DNA of 64,000 nt from Gammaproteobacteria bacterium (lineage in GTDB: Bacteria; Pseudomonadota; Gammaproteobacteria; HTCC5015), in assembly GCA_026004975.1 (NCBI GenBank), contig BPKE01000001.1, positions 373,788 to 437,787 on the forward strand, read 5' to 3'. A model generated the notes under the pieces. The model did no database searches and had not been told where the DNA came from. It worked only from the letters and a program-made list of their open reading frames with translations. Positions 1 through 11,520 of the stretch are shown one piece after another. Every line of letters begins with the position of its first letter. Position 1 is the stretch's first letter. A program made the translations under genes and the position numbers.

Positions 1-967
1 CCGGGCTGACGATTTCCAGCTTGTACCAGCCCTTGCGTTCGGCGCCCTGGCCGGGCGTCGCCGCGAACTGCCCCTGGACGCCCGGCGCGACCTCGCGGTA
101 CCAGCCGGCCAGCGTGTATTCGCCCGCGGCGACCGCCTTCTGCGTGCGCAGCGCCGAGCGCACCCCTTTCTCGTCCACGTAGCGGTAGCTGAACGTGCCG
201 GGATAGGCCACCTTCACCTTGCCGGTCACCGCGTGCTTGACCGGGCAAGCCCCTTCGTGATGCGGCGGCGCCACGGCCACCGAAACGGCCTGGATGAAGG
301 CGGCCAGATGCGCCTTCTTCGGCTCCGGCTCGGGTTCGAGCGCCTTGGCGGCCTTCTCCGAGGGCAGGCAGCGGATCTTCAGGTCGTACTCCTCGTGCTG
401 CGTGTGCTCGTCGATGAAACCGCCGGCCGCCGGCATGCACCACAACTGCACCTCGAGGGCGCCCCCGTCGTCCACCAGCAGGTCGAAGCCTTCGGCGAGA
501 AAGGCCTCCCGCGGAGTATTCGGATCATTGAAGGCCCGCCGCATCAACTCGTCGTTGCAGGCCTGGACCGGGTCGACGAACTCGCCGGGGACCGGCTTGA
601 GGTAACTGGTTTTCATGCGCACGATCGTGTCGATCGGCGTCTGTACGTAGTGGTCGCCGTAATCGGGCGGGTCGTTCCCGAAGTGGCTCCACTTCGGCGA
701 CACCAAGGTGTGCGACAAACCATGGGTTTCGAACTCGAGCTCGTTGAGCGCGTGTTCCTGGAAACCGGGCTTCTTGTCCACCTGGCAGTCGGCCTGGAGC
801 CGGAAGCGCAACTCGCCCGTGCGCGTCACATGGGTGTATTTGATCCCGTCGCTCGACGCCACCTCCACCTCGAGCGGATCCGGATCCCACAGGTCCAATT
901 CGGTCACCTTGTTCGCCCACGCGGCCGTGGAGCCGAACACGATGCCGGCAATGAACAAGCGTCTCAT
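1..967 (-). CDS. hypothetical secreted protein; C-terminal end lies beyond the window edge
   Basis: ATG at 967-965. The N-terminus MRRLFIAGIVFGSTAAWA looks like a Sec signal peptide. I scanned this frame by hand down to nt 2 and found no stop; it is absent from the ORF track because no stop lies in the window. No family recognised. Confidence 0.6.
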   Translation of the reverse strand, partial: MRRLFIAGIVFGSTAAWANKVTELDLWDPDPLEVEVASSDGIKYTHVTRTGELRFRLQADCQVDKKPGFQEHALNELEFETHGLSHTLVSPKWSHFGNDPPDYGDHYVQTPIDTIVRMKTSYLKPVPGEFVDPVQACNDELMRRAFNDPNTPREAFLAEGFDLLVDDGGALEVQLWCMPAAGGFIDEHTQHEEYDLKIRCLPSEKAAKALEPEPEPKKAHLAAFIQAVSVAVAPPHHEGACPVKHAVTGKVKVAYPGTFSYRYVDEKGVRSALRTQKAVAAGEYTLAGWYREVAPGVQGQFAATPGQGAERKGWYKLEIVSP

Positions 968-1132
968 GGCGCGTCCTCCTCGCTGCCCCGTGACGGTGCG
1001 TCGCCCTACCCGGCGGGCGGGTTCACCCGCTGCCACGGAGCATAGCAGACCCGTCGGCGACGCCCGCCCCGCGCGGCCCGCGGCGAAACGCCCACGCGGC
1101 GTGGCATCAAGCGGTTCGGGCAGCGAACCGAA

Positions 1133-1612
1133 TCAGGCCGAGGCGTCGAGCGGCAGCGCGCGGGCGAGCACGAGGGCGTCTTCGCGTCCGTCCGGCGCGG
1201 GGTAGTAGCGCGGGCGGCGGCCCACGGTTTCGAAACCGAGAGAGCGATAGAGGCCCAGGGCGGCGGCGTTGCTGGGCCGCACTTCGAGGTACACCCGCGA
1301 AGCGCCGGCGCGCTGCGCTTCGCCCAGGGCGTGCAGCAGCAGCGCCCGCCCCCAACCGCGGCGGCGCATGCCGGGGTCGACGCAGAGATTGAGCACGTGG
1401 CATTCGCCGACGGCGATCTGGCAAACGACGTAACCGACCGCGCGCGCCGTTTCCAGGCCGAGCCAGGCGGGATAGCCGACGCGCAGGCAATCGCGGAACA
1501 CGCCGGCGCTCCAGGGATAGGGATAGGCGCGGCGCTCGATGTCGAGCACGGCCTCGAGGTCGGCTTCGTCGAGCGGGCGGATGCGGCGGAGGGGGTGCTC
1601 GACGGCCGACAT
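1133..1612 (-). CDS. rimI: ribosomal-protein-alanine N-acetyltransferase (GNAT)
   Basis: Last 159 codons of track ORF 1133..2803, starting [23 protein letters not shown] acetyl-CoA motif VDPGMRRRGWGRALL. The ATG at 1612 overlaps the upstream stop by 1 nt. Confidence 0.85.
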   Translation of the reverse strand: MSAVEHPLRRIRPLDEADLEAVLDIERRAYPYPWSAGVFRDCLRVGYPAWLGLETARAVGYVVCQIAVGECHVLNLCVDPGMRRRGWGRALLLHALGEAQRAGASRVYLEVRPSNAAALGLYRSLGFETVGRRPRYYPAPDGREDALVLARALPLDASA

Positions 1613-2304
1613 CAGCGCGCCACCGGGCACTGCCGCCATGCGAGTTGCAGGTCCGCCCAGGCCTTGCGCTTTTCGCCGGGCCGACGCAACAGGTAGGCCG
1701 GATGATAGGTGACGACGACGGGAATGCCGCGGCCCGGCAGGGTGTGCACGCGGCCGCGCAGGGCCGAGGTCGGCCGGTCGGTTTCGAGCAGGGTCTGGGC
1801 GGCGACGCGGCCGAGGGCGAGGATCAGGCGCGGCGCGACCCAGTCGATCTGCCGCTGCAGGTAGGGGAGGCAGGCGGCGATTTCTTCCGGCTTGGGGTCG
1901 CGGTTGCCGGGCGGCCGGCACTTGAGGACGTTGGCGATGTAGACGCGCTCGCGCGACAGGCCGACCGCTTCGAGCATGGCGTTGAGCAACTGGCCGGCGC
2001 GGCCGACGAAGGGTTCGCCCTGGGCGTCTTCTTCGGCGCCGGGCGCCTCGCCGACGAGCATCCAGGCGGCATCGACGGCGCCCACGCCGAACACCGTCTG
2101 GGTTCGGCTCTGGTGCAGGGCGCAGCGCGTGCAGGCCGCGACGGCGCGCGCGAGCGCCGCCCAGTCGGGCGCCTCGGCCGCGTCCGGGTCCGGCGGCGAG
2201 GCGGTTTCGGCTGCGCTCCCGCGCGTGTCCGGCCCGGCCGGCGGCCGGCGCAGCCGCCAGCGCACGATGCCCATGGCGTCCAGCCAGGCCGTCTTGTCGG
2301 GCAT
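1612..2304 (-). CDS. uracil-DNA glycosylase, family 4
   Basis: ORF 1612..2304. Motifs [28 protein letters not shown] and HPAYLLR are typical of family-4 UDG. Confidence 0.85.
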   Translation of the reverse strand: MPDKTAWLDAMGIVRWRLRRPPAGPDTRGSAAETASPPDPDAAEAPDWAALARAVAACTRCALHQSRTQTVFGVGAVDAAWMLVGEAPGAEEDAQGEPFVGRAGQLLNAMLEAVGLSRERVYIANVLKCRPPGNRDPKPEEIAACLPYLQRQIDWVAPRLILALGRVAAQTLLETDRPTSALRGRVHTLPGRGIPVVVTYHPAYLLRRPGEKRKAWADLQLAWRQCPVAR

Positions 2305-2307
2305 GGC

Positions 2308-3114
2308 TCAGCCGCCGGCGGCGGGTCGCTGGCGACGGCGGCGGCGGACCGCGCGCAGCGCGGTCTGCAGCGGCGCCGAGAGGAGGTAGGCGAAGAAGAC
2401 GAGGAACAGCACCTTGGGCGGATCGTAGGCGACCAGCACGAGGGCCGCGACCACCAGCAGCATGGCCGTGAAGGGCACGCGCTGCTGCCCGCGCAGTTCC
2501 TTGAAGCTGTAGTAGGCGAAGCGGCTCACCATCAAGCCGCCGCAGCAGACGGTGAGCAACAGCGCCGGCCAGGCCAGCGCCGGCCCCGGCCAGCCGAGGT
2601 CGTGGGCCGTCCACACCAGCCCGACCATGACGGCGGCCGCCGCGGGGCTGGGCAAGCCCTGGAAGTAGCGCCGGTCGGCGGTCGGCGCCTGGACGTTGAA
2701 GCGCGCCAGGCGCAGCGCCGCGCCGGCGACGTAGACGAAAGCCGCCAGCCAGCCGAGTTTGCCGCCGTACCAGGCGAGATCGCGCAGGCTGGACAGCGAC
2801 CATTCGTACATGACCAGGGCCGGGGCGAGGCCGAAGGACACCATGTCCGAAAGGCTGTCCAACTGCGCGCCGAAGGCGCTTTGCGTCTGGGTCAGGCGCG
2901 CCACGCGGCCGTCGAGGCCGTCGAGCACCATGGCGACCAGCACCGCCACCGCCGCCGCCTGGAAACGCCCCTGGCCGGCGGCGACGATGGCGTAGAAGCC
3001 CGCGAACAGGGCGCCGGTGGTCAGCAGGTTGGGCAGCAGGTAGATGCCGCCCCGCCGCCGGCGGCCGCCGGCGCCTTCATGTTCATGCCCCTGTTCGGGC
3101 CGGGCCTCGTTCAC
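2308..3114 (-). CDS. pssA: CDP-diacylglycerol--serine O-phosphatidyltransferase
   Basis: ORF 2308..3114 with a GTG start. CDP-alcohol phosphatidyltransferase motif DGLDGRVARLTQTQSAFGAQLDSLSD. Multi-pass membrane protein. Confidence 0.85.
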   Translation of the reverse strand: MNEARPEQGHEHEGAGGRRRRGGIYLLPNLLTTGALFAGFYAIVAAGQGRFQAAAVAVLVAMVLDGLDGRVARLTQTQSAFGAQLDSLSDMVSFGLAPALVMYEWSLSSLRDLAWYGGKLGWLAAFVYVAGAALRLARFNVQAPTADRRYFQGLPSPAAAAVMVGLVWTAHDLGWPGPALAWPALLLTVCCGGLMVSRFAYYSFKELRGQQRVPFTAMLLVVAALVLVAYDPPKVLFLVFFAYLLSAPLQTALRAVRRRRRQRPAAGG

Positions 3115-3118
3115 GCGC

Positions 3119-4138
<1,020 letters not shown>

Positions 4139-4193
4139 CTACCAACCACTCCTCGATGGCAAAGGTGGGACGAACGGCGGCGCGCAGGCCGGC

Positions 4194-4685
4194 TCAGACA
4201 CGCAGGGCGCGGCCGCCGCGGGCGATGGCCAAGGGACCGGAGCGCACCACTTCGATGAGGTCGTAACCCTGGAGATTGTCCACGAAGGCGTCGAGCTTCG
4301 TACCGGTGCCGGTCAGCTCGATCGTGTAGGTGTCGCCCGCGACGTCGATGACGTGGCCGCGGAAGATCTCCACCAGCTGGCCGAGCCGGCCGTTCTCCTC
4401 GCGCGGCACCGCGACCTTCACGAGCATCATCTCGCGCTCGATGTGCGCCGACTCGGTCAGGTCGATGACGCGGATCACGTCGATGAGCTTGTTGAGCTGC
4501 TTGGTGATCTGCTCGATGATCTCGTCGGTGCCCTGGGTGACGATGGTCATGCGCGAGACCGTCTCGTCGTCGGTGGGCGCGACGCTCAATGCCTCGATGT
4601 TGTAACCCCTGGCCGAGAACAGGTTGGCCACGCGTGAGAGCGCGCCCGCCTCGTTCTCGAGCAACACGGCGATCACGTGTCTCAT
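4194..4685 (-). CDS. ilvH: acetolactate synthase small (regulatory) subunit
   Basis: ATG at 4685, MRHVIAVLLENEAGALSRVANLFSARGYNIEAL (ACT domain). The upstream part of track ORF 4194..4799 is not coding. Confidence 0.93.
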   Translation of the reverse strand: MRHVIAVLLENEAGALSRVANLFSARGYNIEALSVAPTDDETVSRMTIVTQGTDEIIEQITKQLNKLIDVIRVIDLTESAHIEREMMLVKVAVPREENGRLGQLVEIFRGHVIDVAGDTYTIELTGTGTKLDAFVDNLQGYDLIEVVRSGPLAIARGGRALRV

Positions 4686-4758
4686 GTGTTTACCCTTGTC
4701 GATTCCGCGGGGGAGCGTCGGGCCGAACCGACCGGCCGGCAGGCGGTCGCGCGTGCGG

Positions 4759-6489
4759 TCAAGCAAGTTCCCGTTCCTCCGGCGCGAGGTGCATTTCATG
4801 GTGCCCCTTGCCCTGCGCGATCATCGGGTAGACGTTTTCCGTCGGATCGGTGATCACGTCCAGGAACACCAGGCGGTCCTTCATCGCGAAGGCGTCCTGG
4901 AGGGTTTTTTCCAGGTCCTTGGGGTCTTCCACGCGCAGCCCGACGTGCCCGTAGGCCTCCGCGAGCTTCACGAAATCGGGCAGCGCGTCCATATAGGACA
5001 TCGAATAGCGCCCCTCGTAGAACATTTCCTGCCACTGCCGGACCATGCCGAGGTAGCGGTTGTTGAGGCTGACGATCTTGACCGGCAGGCGGTACTGCAG
5101 GCAGGTCGAGAGTTCCTGGATGCACATCTGGATGGAGCCCTCGCCGGTGATGCAGACCACCGTCGCGTCCGGGTGGGCGAGCTGGACGCCCATCGCCGCC
5201 GGCAGGCCGAAGCCCATGGTGCCCAACCCGCCGGAGTTGATCCAGCGCCGGGGCTCGTCGAACTTGTAGAACTGCGCCGCCCACATCTGGTGCTGGCCGA
5301 CGTCGGAGGTGACGTAGGCCCGGCCCTCGGTGATGCGGTACAGCGCCTCGATCACCGCCTGCGGCTTGATCTTCTTGCTGTCGCGGTCGTAATGCAGGCA
5401 ATCGACCTTCTTCCACTCCTCGATCTGCTGCCACCAGGCGGCCAACGCCTTCTCGTCGGGCTTGCGGCGCGTCTTGTCCAGCTGCTCGAGCATCTGTTCG
5501 AGCACCCGCTTGACCGGACCGACGATCGGCACGTCCACCTTGACGTTCTTGGAGATCGACGAAGGGTCGATGTCGATGTGGATGATCTTGGCGTAGGGGC
5601 AGAAGTGCTCGAGGTTGCCGGTCACCCGGTCGTCGAAACGCGCGCCCACGGCGAACAGCACGTCGCATTCGTGCATCGCCATGTTGGCCTCGTAGGTGCC
5701 GTGCATGCCGAGCATGCCGAGGAACTGGCGGTCGGTGGCCGGGTAGGCCCCCAGGCCCATGAGGGTGCTGGTGATGGGGTAACCCAGCCGCCGCACCAGG
5801 GCGCGCAGCGGCTCGGACCCTTCGCCGAGCACGACGCCGCCGCCGGTGTAGATCATCGGCCGCTTGGCCGCGAGCAACAGCTCGACGGCGCGCTTGATCT
5901 GCCCCGGGTGACCCGCTTCCGCCGGCTTGTACGAACGCAGGCTGATGGTCTCGGGATATTCGAACGGGATCTTGACGCGCGGATCGGTGGCGTCCTTGGT
6001 GATGTCCACGAGCACCGGGCCGGGCCGGCCGGTGGTCGCGATGTGGAACGCCTTCTTGACCGTCGGCGCGATGTCCTCCACCCGCTTGACCAGGAAGTTG
6101 TGCTTGACGCAGGGCCGGGTGATGCCCGTGGCGTCGACCTCCTGGAAGGCGTCCGAGCCGATCACGCTGCTCGGCACCTGGCCGCTGATCACGACCATCG
6201 GGATCGAATCCATGTACGCGGTCGCGATGCCGGTCACGGCGTTGGTGACGCCGGGGCCGGAGGTCACCAGCACCACCCCGGGCTTGCCGGTGGCGCGCGC
6301 GTAACCGTCGGCGGCGTGGGTCGCGCCCTGCTCGTGGCGGACCAGGATGTGGCGGGGCGCGCCGTCGTCCTGCATGCGGAACAGGGCGTCATAGATGTGC
6401 AATACGGCGCCGCCGGGATACCCGAAAATGAACTCGACCCCTTCCCGCTTCAGGCACTCGATGAGGATTTCGCCACCGGACAGTTGCAC
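4759..6489 (-). CDS. ilvI: acetolactate synthase large (catalytic) subunit
   Basis: Last ~576 codons of track ORF 4759..8217. ThDP-enzyme motifs [14 protein letters not shown] and [18 protein letters not shown] at 6489 is preceded by AAGGTGA; GTG at 6498 is an alternative start. Confidence 0.93.
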   Translation of the reverse strand: MQLSGGEILIECLKREGVEFIFGYPGGAVLHIYDALFRMQDDGAPRHILVRHEQGATHAADGYARATGKPGVVLVTSGPGVTNAVTGIATAYMDSIPMVVISGQVPSSVIGSDAFQEVDATGITRPCVKHNFLVKRVEDIAPTVKKAFHIATTGRPGPVLVDITKDATDPRVKIPFEYPETISLRSYKPAEAGHPGQIKRAVELLLAAKRPMIYTGGGVVLGEGSEPLRALVRRLGYPITSTLMGLGAYPATDRQFLGMLGMHGTYEANMAMHECDVLFAVGARFDDRVTGNLEHFCPYAKIIHIDIDPSSISKNVKVDVPIVGPVKRVLEQMLEQLDKTRRKPDEKALAAWWQQIEEWKKVDCLHYDRDSKKIKPQAVIEALYRITEGRAYVTSDVGQHQMWAAQFYKFDEPRRWINSGGLGTMGFGLPAAMGVQLAHPDATVVCITGEGSIQMCIQELSTCLQYRLPVKIVSLNNRYLGMVRQWQEMFYEGRYSMSYMDALPDFVKLAEAYGHVGLRVEDPKDLEKTLQDAFAMKDRLVFLDVITDPTENVYPMIAQGKGHHEMHLAPEERELA

Positions 6490-6639
6490 GCCGATCACCT
6501 TGGGTTTGACGCGTTTGGAAAGACGGCTAAGGGTAGCAGATTCGGGGCGCACCGTTAAGGAACGCAGAGCGTTGCCTTGCGGGGAACCCCGCGCCCACGC
6601 TGGGGTCTGTGCTGCACCCGGCCGTGGTATGCTCGCCCC

Positions 6640-8109
6640 ATGCCGACCGTTCTCTGCCGCGCCCTTCTCGCCCTCGGCCTGGCGGCCGCCACGACGCTGG
6701 CCGCCGCCCGCGCCGACCTCGACGCCCAACTGCCCGAGCTGGGCGACCCCGCGGACCGCTACCTCTCCCCCGCCCAGGAACGGGAACTGGGGGCGGCCTT
6801 CCTGCGCGACGTCTACCGCGCCGGCCTGGTGCTGGAGGACGCGGAAGTCAGCGCCTACATCCAGCACCTCGGGGACGAGCTGTCCAACGCGCTGGCGCGC
6901 AAGCCCTACCCCTTCACGTTCTTCATCGTGCGCGACGACGCCATCAACGCCTTCGCCGTGCCCGGCGGCTACATCGGCGTCAACAGCGGTCTGATCCTGG
7001 CCTCGAACAACGAAAGCGAGCTGGCCGCGGTGCTCGCCCACGAAATCGCCCACGTCGCCCAGCGCCACATCGCCCGGGCGATCGCCGAGGCCGCCAGCGG
7101 CTCGACCGCGGCCCTGGGGGCGATCCTCGCCGGCATGCTGATCGCCATGGCCGGCGGGAGCAACGCCGACGCGGGGGCGGCGCTCGCCTACGCCGGCGCC
7201 GCCGCCCAGGCCCAGGCGCAAATCAACTACACGCGCAGCAACGAAATCGAGGCCGACCGGATCGGCCTGGAGATCCTCCACCGGGCCGGTTTCGACCCCA
7301 ACGGCATGGCCAGCTTCTTCCGCACCATGCAATTGCGCCGCTTCGGCGCCATCCCGCGGGAGTTCCAGTTCATCCTCACCCACCCGCTGGACGAGACGCG
7401 CATCGCCGAGGCGCGCGCCCGCCTGGCGAAGCTGCCGCCGCAACCGCACGCGGACAGCCCGCACTACCGCTACGGCAAGGCGCGGCTGCGCGCCCTGGTG
7501 CACCCCGAGCCGATCCGCCTGGCGCGCGAGCTGCGCCGCGACGTGGAGGCCCTGAACAAACCCGACCCGGTGTTGCTCTACGCGCTGTCCCAGGCGCTCG
7601 AGCGCGCCCGCGACCCCGCCGGCGCCGCCGCCGTGCTCGCGCCCCTGCTGCGCGAAGACCCGGAGAACCTGAGCCTCCAGTTGGCGATGGCCCGCGCCGA
7701 ACTCGACCAGGGCAAGCGCGCGGCCGCCGCGGCGCGGATGGAAAAACTGCTCGCGTTGCATCCGGATCACTTCGCCGTGGTGTACCACCACGCGCTGGCG
7801 CAGCGCGGCGGCCCGACACCCGAGAAGGGCTGGCAACCGCTGAAGACACTCCTGGAGCACCGCCGGCCGGTGATCCTCGAGGCCTATCGGCTGCTCGCCG
7901 AACTGTACGAGCAGGACGGCCGGACGGTGGACGCCCGCGAAACGATCGCCGAGTACTACTACCAGCGCGGCGACACGCACGCGGCCGTGTTCCAGTTGCG
8001 CAGCGCCCTGCGCGAGCCCGGTTTGAGCACGGCGCGCCGGGTCGTGCTGGAACGGCGCCTGCGCCAGATCCTCGACGAAACGCGCCGCGACGAGCAACCG
8101 CGGCGCTGA
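6640..8109 (+). CDS. bepA: M48-family periplasmic metalloprotease with TPR region (BepA/YfgC-like)
   Basis: ATG at 6640 gives the signal peptide [29 protein letters not shown] zinc motif. Helical TPR-like C-terminal half. Confidence 0.85.
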   Translation: MPTVLCRALLALGLAAATTLAAARADLDAQLPELGDPADRYLSPAQERELGAAFLRDVYRAGLVLEDAEVSAYIQHLGDELSNALARKPYPFTFFIVRDDAINAFAVPGGYIGVNSGLILASNNESELAAVLAHEIAHVAQRHIARAIAEAASGSTAALGAILAGMLIAMAGGSNADAGAALAYAGAAAQAQAQINYTRSNEIEADRIGLEILHRAGFDPNGMASFFRTMQLRRFGAIPREFQFILTHPLDETRIAEARARLAKLPPQPHADSPHYRYGKARLRALVHPEPIRLARELRRDVEALNKPDPVLLYALSQALERARDPAGAAAVLAPLLREDPENLSLQLAMARAELDQGKRAAAAARMEKLLALHPDHFAVVYHHALAQRGGPTPEKGWQPLKTLLEHRRPVILEAYRLLAELYEQDGRTVDARETIAEYYYQRGDTHAAVFQLRSALREPGLSTARRVVLERRLRQILDETRRDEQPRR

Positions 8110-8244
8110 CGCGTTTTCCTCGCATAGCCGCAAATCGACGCAACATAAATACGAATTACAAGCTTTTCGCCGCAATTGGCGATAGAATCGCTCGCGGGCC
8201 GCCGACCTGGACCACATCTAAACGGGGGCCACGACGCCGAGCGA

Positions 8245-8637
8245 ATGACCCACAGACACGACGAGACCACGGGACGGATCCCGGCCCTGATCGGCATGGT
8301 GGTGCGCGCCTTGCGCCAGGCGCGCGGGCTGGGGGTCAACCAGCTCGGCGTGGCGGCGGGCATCGAACCGGCGAACCTGTCGCGTTTCGAGCGCGGGGTG
8401 CGCGGCGGCGTGCACGCCGCCAAATACCTGGACCTGATCGCGCACTGCCTGGACACGCGCGCCTCGGTGCTCTACGCGGTGGCCGAACTGGCTCAGACCC
8501 GCCCGGAAATCCTCGACCAGCCCGAGCGGCTCAGCCGCACCGTCACCGATCTGACCCGCCTGATGCGCGCGTACTTGGAGCTCCCGGATACGGCGCGGCG
8601 GCGCATCGACGCCATTCTCGCCGAGAACCGGGGCTGA
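8245..8637 (+). CDS. XRE-family helix-turn-helix transcriptional regulator
   Basis: HTH segment LRQARGLGVNQLGVAAGIEPANLSRFERG. The track ORF starts at a TTG (8176); the ATG at 8245 is more plausible. Start uncertain. Confidence 0.65.
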   Translation: MTHRHDETTGRIPALIGMVVRALRQARGLGVNQLGVAAGIEPANLSRFERGVRGGVHAAKYLDLIAHCLDTRASVLYAVAELAQTRPEILDQPERLSRTVTDLTRLMRAYLELPDTARRRIDAILAENRG

Positions 8638-8652
8638 AACGGAAGAAAGAGG

Positions 8653-8728
8653 TGGTGGGGCGTATAGGATTCGAACCTATGACCAACTGGTTAAAAGCCA
8701 GCTGCTCTACCAGCTGAGCTAACGCCCC
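8653..8728 (-). tRNA. tRNA-Lys (anticodon UUU)
   Basis: Minus strand reads GGGGCGTTAGCTCAGCTGGTAGAGCAGCTGGCTTTTAACCAGTTGGTCATAGGTTCGAATCCTATACGCCCCACCA. It has a 7-bp acceptor stem, anticodon loop CTTTTAA, a TPsiC arm GGTTCGAATCC and an encoded CCA. Confidence 0.95.
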
Positions 8729-8779
8729 GTCCCGCCGCTCGCGGCGGGGCCGCGCATTCTAACAGAATCGCCGCGGCGC

Positions 8780-9478
8780 TCAAGACGCCGGGCGGTAGGG
8801 GGTCGGGTCGGGCAGGCCGGCCTGCTCGAAACCGCGACGGCGGAAGCGGCAGGCGTCGCAGCGGCCGCAGGCCCGCCCGGCCTCGTCGGCCTGGTAACAG
8901 GACACGGTCAGCGCGTAATCCACACCCAGCGCGTGGCCCAGGCGGATGATGTCCGCCTTGCGCAGATGCAGCAGCGGGGCGTGTACGCGGTAGCGGCCGC
9001 GGCCCTCGACGGCGGCGCGCGTGGCGACGTTGGCCAGGGCCTCGAAGGCCTCGAGGAAGGCCGGGCGGCAATCCGGGTAACCCGAATAGTCCACGGCGTT
9101 CGCCCCGATGAACAGGTCGAAGGCCTCGAGGGTTTCGGCCCAGGCCAGCGCCAGGGACAGCAGCACCGTGTTGCGCGCCGGCACGTAGGTGAGGGGAATG
9201 CCGTCGGCCGGCGCCTCGGGCACGGCCAGCGCCGGGTCGGTCAGGGCCGAGCCGCCGAAGGCGGCCAGGTCCAGGCCGACGACGCGGTGCTCCACCGCCC
9301 CGAGCCGCTCGGCGAGGCGGGCGGCGAACTGGAGTTCGACGGCGTGGCGCTGCCCGTAGCGCACGCTCAGCGCATGGCAACGGTAACCCCGGTCGCGGGC
9401 CACGGCGAGCACCGTGGCCGAGTCCAGGCCGCCGGAGAGCAACACGACGGCGGGGCGGCCCTCAGCGTCCCGGCTCAT
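8780..9478 (-). CDS. queC: 7-cyano-7-deazaguanine synthase
   Basis: PP-loop [13 protein letters not shown] and C-terminal Cys cluster [17 protein letters not shown]. Confidence 0.93.
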   Translation of the reverse strand: MSRDAEGRPAVVLLSGGLDSATVLAVARDRGYRCHALSVRYGQRHAVELQFAARLAERLGAVEHRVVGLDLAAFGGSALTDPALAVPEAPADGIPLTYVPARNTVLLSLALAWAETLEAFDLFIGANAVDYSGYPDCRPAFLEAFEALANVATRAAVEGRGRYRVHAPLLHLRKADIIRLGHALGVDYALTVSCYQADEAGRACGRCDACRFRRRGFEQAGLPDPTPYRPAS

Positions 9479-10148
9479 CGCCCCACAACACCTTGTGCAG
9501 TTGCAATTGCAAGCGCACCGGCAGGCGGTCCGCGAGGATCCACTCGGCGAGCTCGGCCGGCTCCAGTCGCCCCCATGCCGGCGAGAACAACACCTCCCGC
9601 CCGGCCGGGAGTTGCGGCAGGCGGGCGCGCGCCCACTCGTAGTCGGCGCGGTCGGTGAGGACGAATTTGATCTGGTCGGCCGGACCGAGCAAGGCCAGGT
9701 TCGCCCAGCGGTTGCGCGCCGCCTCCCCCGAACCCGGCGTCTTGATGTCGAGGATCTTGATCACCCGCGGATCGACGCCGCCGACGTCCAGGGCGCCGCT
9801 CGTCTCCAGGGACACCACGTGGCCGCGGTCGCACAGGGCGCGCAGCAGCGCCAGGCTGCCCTTCTGGGCCAGGGGTTCGCCGCCGGTGACGGTGACGTGC
9901 CGCACCCCGAAGGCCGCCACCTCGTCGAGCAAGGTCGCGAGCGGCACGCTGCGCCCGCCGTGGAAGGCGTAAGCGGTGTCGCAGTAGCGGCAGCGCAGGG
10001 GGCAGCCGGTGAGGCGCACGAACACCGTCGGCAGACCGGCCAGGGTGGACTCGCCCTGGATCGACAAGAAGATCTCGGTGACGCGCAGGTCGCGCGCGGC
10101 GCCCGTCGTCGCCCGGCGACCGTGCTCGACGGCCGGCGTCGCGCCCAT
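9462..10148 (-). CDS. queE: 7-carboxy-7-deazaguanine synthase (radical SAM)
   Basis: Radical-SAM cluster motif [10 protein letters not shown]. Adjacent to and overlapping queC. Confidence 0.9.
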   Translation of the reverse strand: MGATPAVEHGRRATTGAARDLRVTEIFLSIQGESTLAGLPTVFVRLTGCPLRCRYCDTAYAFHGGRSVPLATLLDEVAAFGVRHVTVTGGEPLAQKGSLALLRALCDRGHVVSLETSGALDVGGVDPRVIKILDIKTPGSGEAARNRWANLALLGPADQIKFVLTDRADYEWARARLPQLPAGREVLFSPAWGRLEPAELAEWILADRLPVRLQLQLHKVLWGDEPGR

Positions 10149-10945
10149 CAGTGCCCTTCTTCGCTCATCCGCGCCAGGCGTTTCTCCGCCAGCGCCGCCG
10201 CGGCGCTGTTCGGATGCTGGCGGCGCACCGCGTCGAGGGCGCGGCGCGCCTCTTCCCAGTGCCCCATCTCGTAATAGGTGAAGCCGAGCTTGAGGCGCGC
10301 GTCGGCGAGCTTGTTGCTGTCGGGGAAGGCGTCGATGACCTTGCGGAAGGCGGCGGCGGCCTCGTCGAAACGCCGGCGGGCGTAATAGGCTTCGCCGAGC
10401 CAGTACCAGGCGTTGTCGCTGTACGGGCCCTGCGGGTAACGCTCGAGGAAGCGCTGGAAGGCGGCGATGGCTTCCTCGTGCCGGCCCTCGCGCAGCAGCG
10501 CGAAGGCGTCGGTATAGGCCCGCCGCTGCGCCTCCTCGTCGGCGGCGGCCGGCGCCGACGCGGCGGGCGCGGCGGGCGCGGCGGGCGCGTCGCCGACGGG
10601 GGCCGGCGACGGCGCGGCCGCCGGGGCGCGCGAGAGCGCGAGCTCGTTCAGGCGGCGATCCAGGTCCAGATACAGCTCCCGCTGCCGGCGGCGCAGTTCT
10701 TCCAGCGCGTGCGCCTGGGTCTCCAACTCGCCGCGCAGCGCACGCAGCTCCTCCTGGACGCGCTGCAACGTGCGCGCCATGTCCATCAACGCCTGGCTGC
10801 CGAGCACCGCCTCGATGCGGTCGAGGCGGGCGCGCAGCTCCGCCTGCCCGCCCTGCAGCGCCTCGATGTCGTCACGCACGCCGGCGCCGGCGGCCGTCGC
10901 CGCGGCCGAGAACGCGATCGCCAACAACTTAGGGCATCTGGTCAT
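10148..10945 (-). CDS. cpoB: Tol-Pal associated cell-division coordinator CpoB (YbgF), TPR protein
   Basis: Signal peptide, coiled-coil N-terminal part, C-terminal TPRs (YPQGPYSDNAWYWLGEAYY...). Located after pal. Confidence 0.88.
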   Translation of the reverse strand: MTRCPKLLAIAFSAAATAAGAGVRDDIEALQGGQAELRARLDRIEAVLGSQALMDMARTLQRVQEELRALRGELETQAHALEELRRRQRELYLDLDRRLNELALSRAPAAAPSPAPVGDAPAAPAAPAASAPAAADEEAQRRAYTDAFALLREGRHEEAIAAFQRFLERYPQGPYSDNAWYWLGEAYYARRRFDEAAAAFRKVIDAFPDSNKLADARLKLGFTYYEMGHWEEARRALDAVRRQHPNSAAAALAEKRLARMSEEGH

Positions 10946-11468
10946 AGACGAACTCCACGCGCCGGTTCTGGGCCCACGCGGACTCGTCGTGGCCGGGGTC
11001 GAGCGGGATCTCCTCGCCGAAACTGATCACGCTGATCTGCGCCTCGGGCACGCCCTGCAGCACCAGCATGCGCCGCACCGCCTTGGCCCGCTCTTCCCCC
11101 AACGCCAGGTTGTATTCGCGCGAACCGCGCTCGTCGGTGTGTCCCTCCAGCCGCACTTTGACGTCCGGGTAGGACAACAGGTACTGGGCGTGCGCGCGGA
11201 TCACCGGCTCGTACTCCGGCTTGACCAGCGCGCTGTCGAAATCGAAGAACACCATGCGCTGGGCCAGCGGGCTGGTGGGGTCGTCGAGGTCGGCGCGGCG
11301 GAACGCGCAGGGCGGCTGGCAGTCCTCGTCGAGCGGGTTGACCGCCACATCCGCCCCGCCGCCCTCGGCCGGCGCCGCGTCCCACGCTTCTTCCGGCGCC
11401 AGGCCGCCGCGGCCGGCGCAGGCAGCGAGCAAAAACCCCAGCAGGAATACGGACGACAGTCTGGTCAT
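10929..11468 (-). CDS. pal: peptidoglycan-associated lipoprotein Pal (OmpA family)
   Basis: Lipobox FLLAACAG. OmpA_C motifs RLEGHTDERGSREYNLALGERRA and NRRVEF. Confidence 0.95.
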   Translation of the reverse strand: MTRLSSVFLLGFLLAACAGRGGLAPEEAWDAAPAEGGGADVAVNPLDEDCQPPCAFRRADLDDPTSPLAQRMVFFDFDSALVKPEYEPVIRAHAQYLLSYPDVKVRLEGHTDERGSREYNLALGEERAKAVRRMLVLQGVPEAQISVISFGEEIPLDPGHDESAWAQNRRVEFVYDQMP

Positions 11469-11520
11469 GGCATGGTCCTCGACGGAAGCAAAGGCGGGAA
11501 GCGGCGCCGGGCAAGTGTAA

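Noticed and set aside
6620-6642. TGGTATGCT (an extended -10-like element) lies 8 nt before the bepA ATG and could indicate a leaderless transcript. TACAAT/TAGAAT-like hexamers at 56903-56908 (minus strand), 24351-24356 and 8183-8188 could be promoters.
   Set aside because: They are isolated -10-like hexamers without convincing -35 partners at 16-18 bp. In a single sequence without transcript data they cannot be told apart from chance matches, so I did not report them as features.
8110-8780. A lone XRE-type HTH gene in an A/T-richer patch next to tRNA-Lys could be a prophage or island remnant.
   Set aside because: There is no integrase, no phage genes and no direct repeat of the tRNA 3' end. 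queC and the Tol-Pal cluster follow immediately, so there is not enough evidence for a mobile element.
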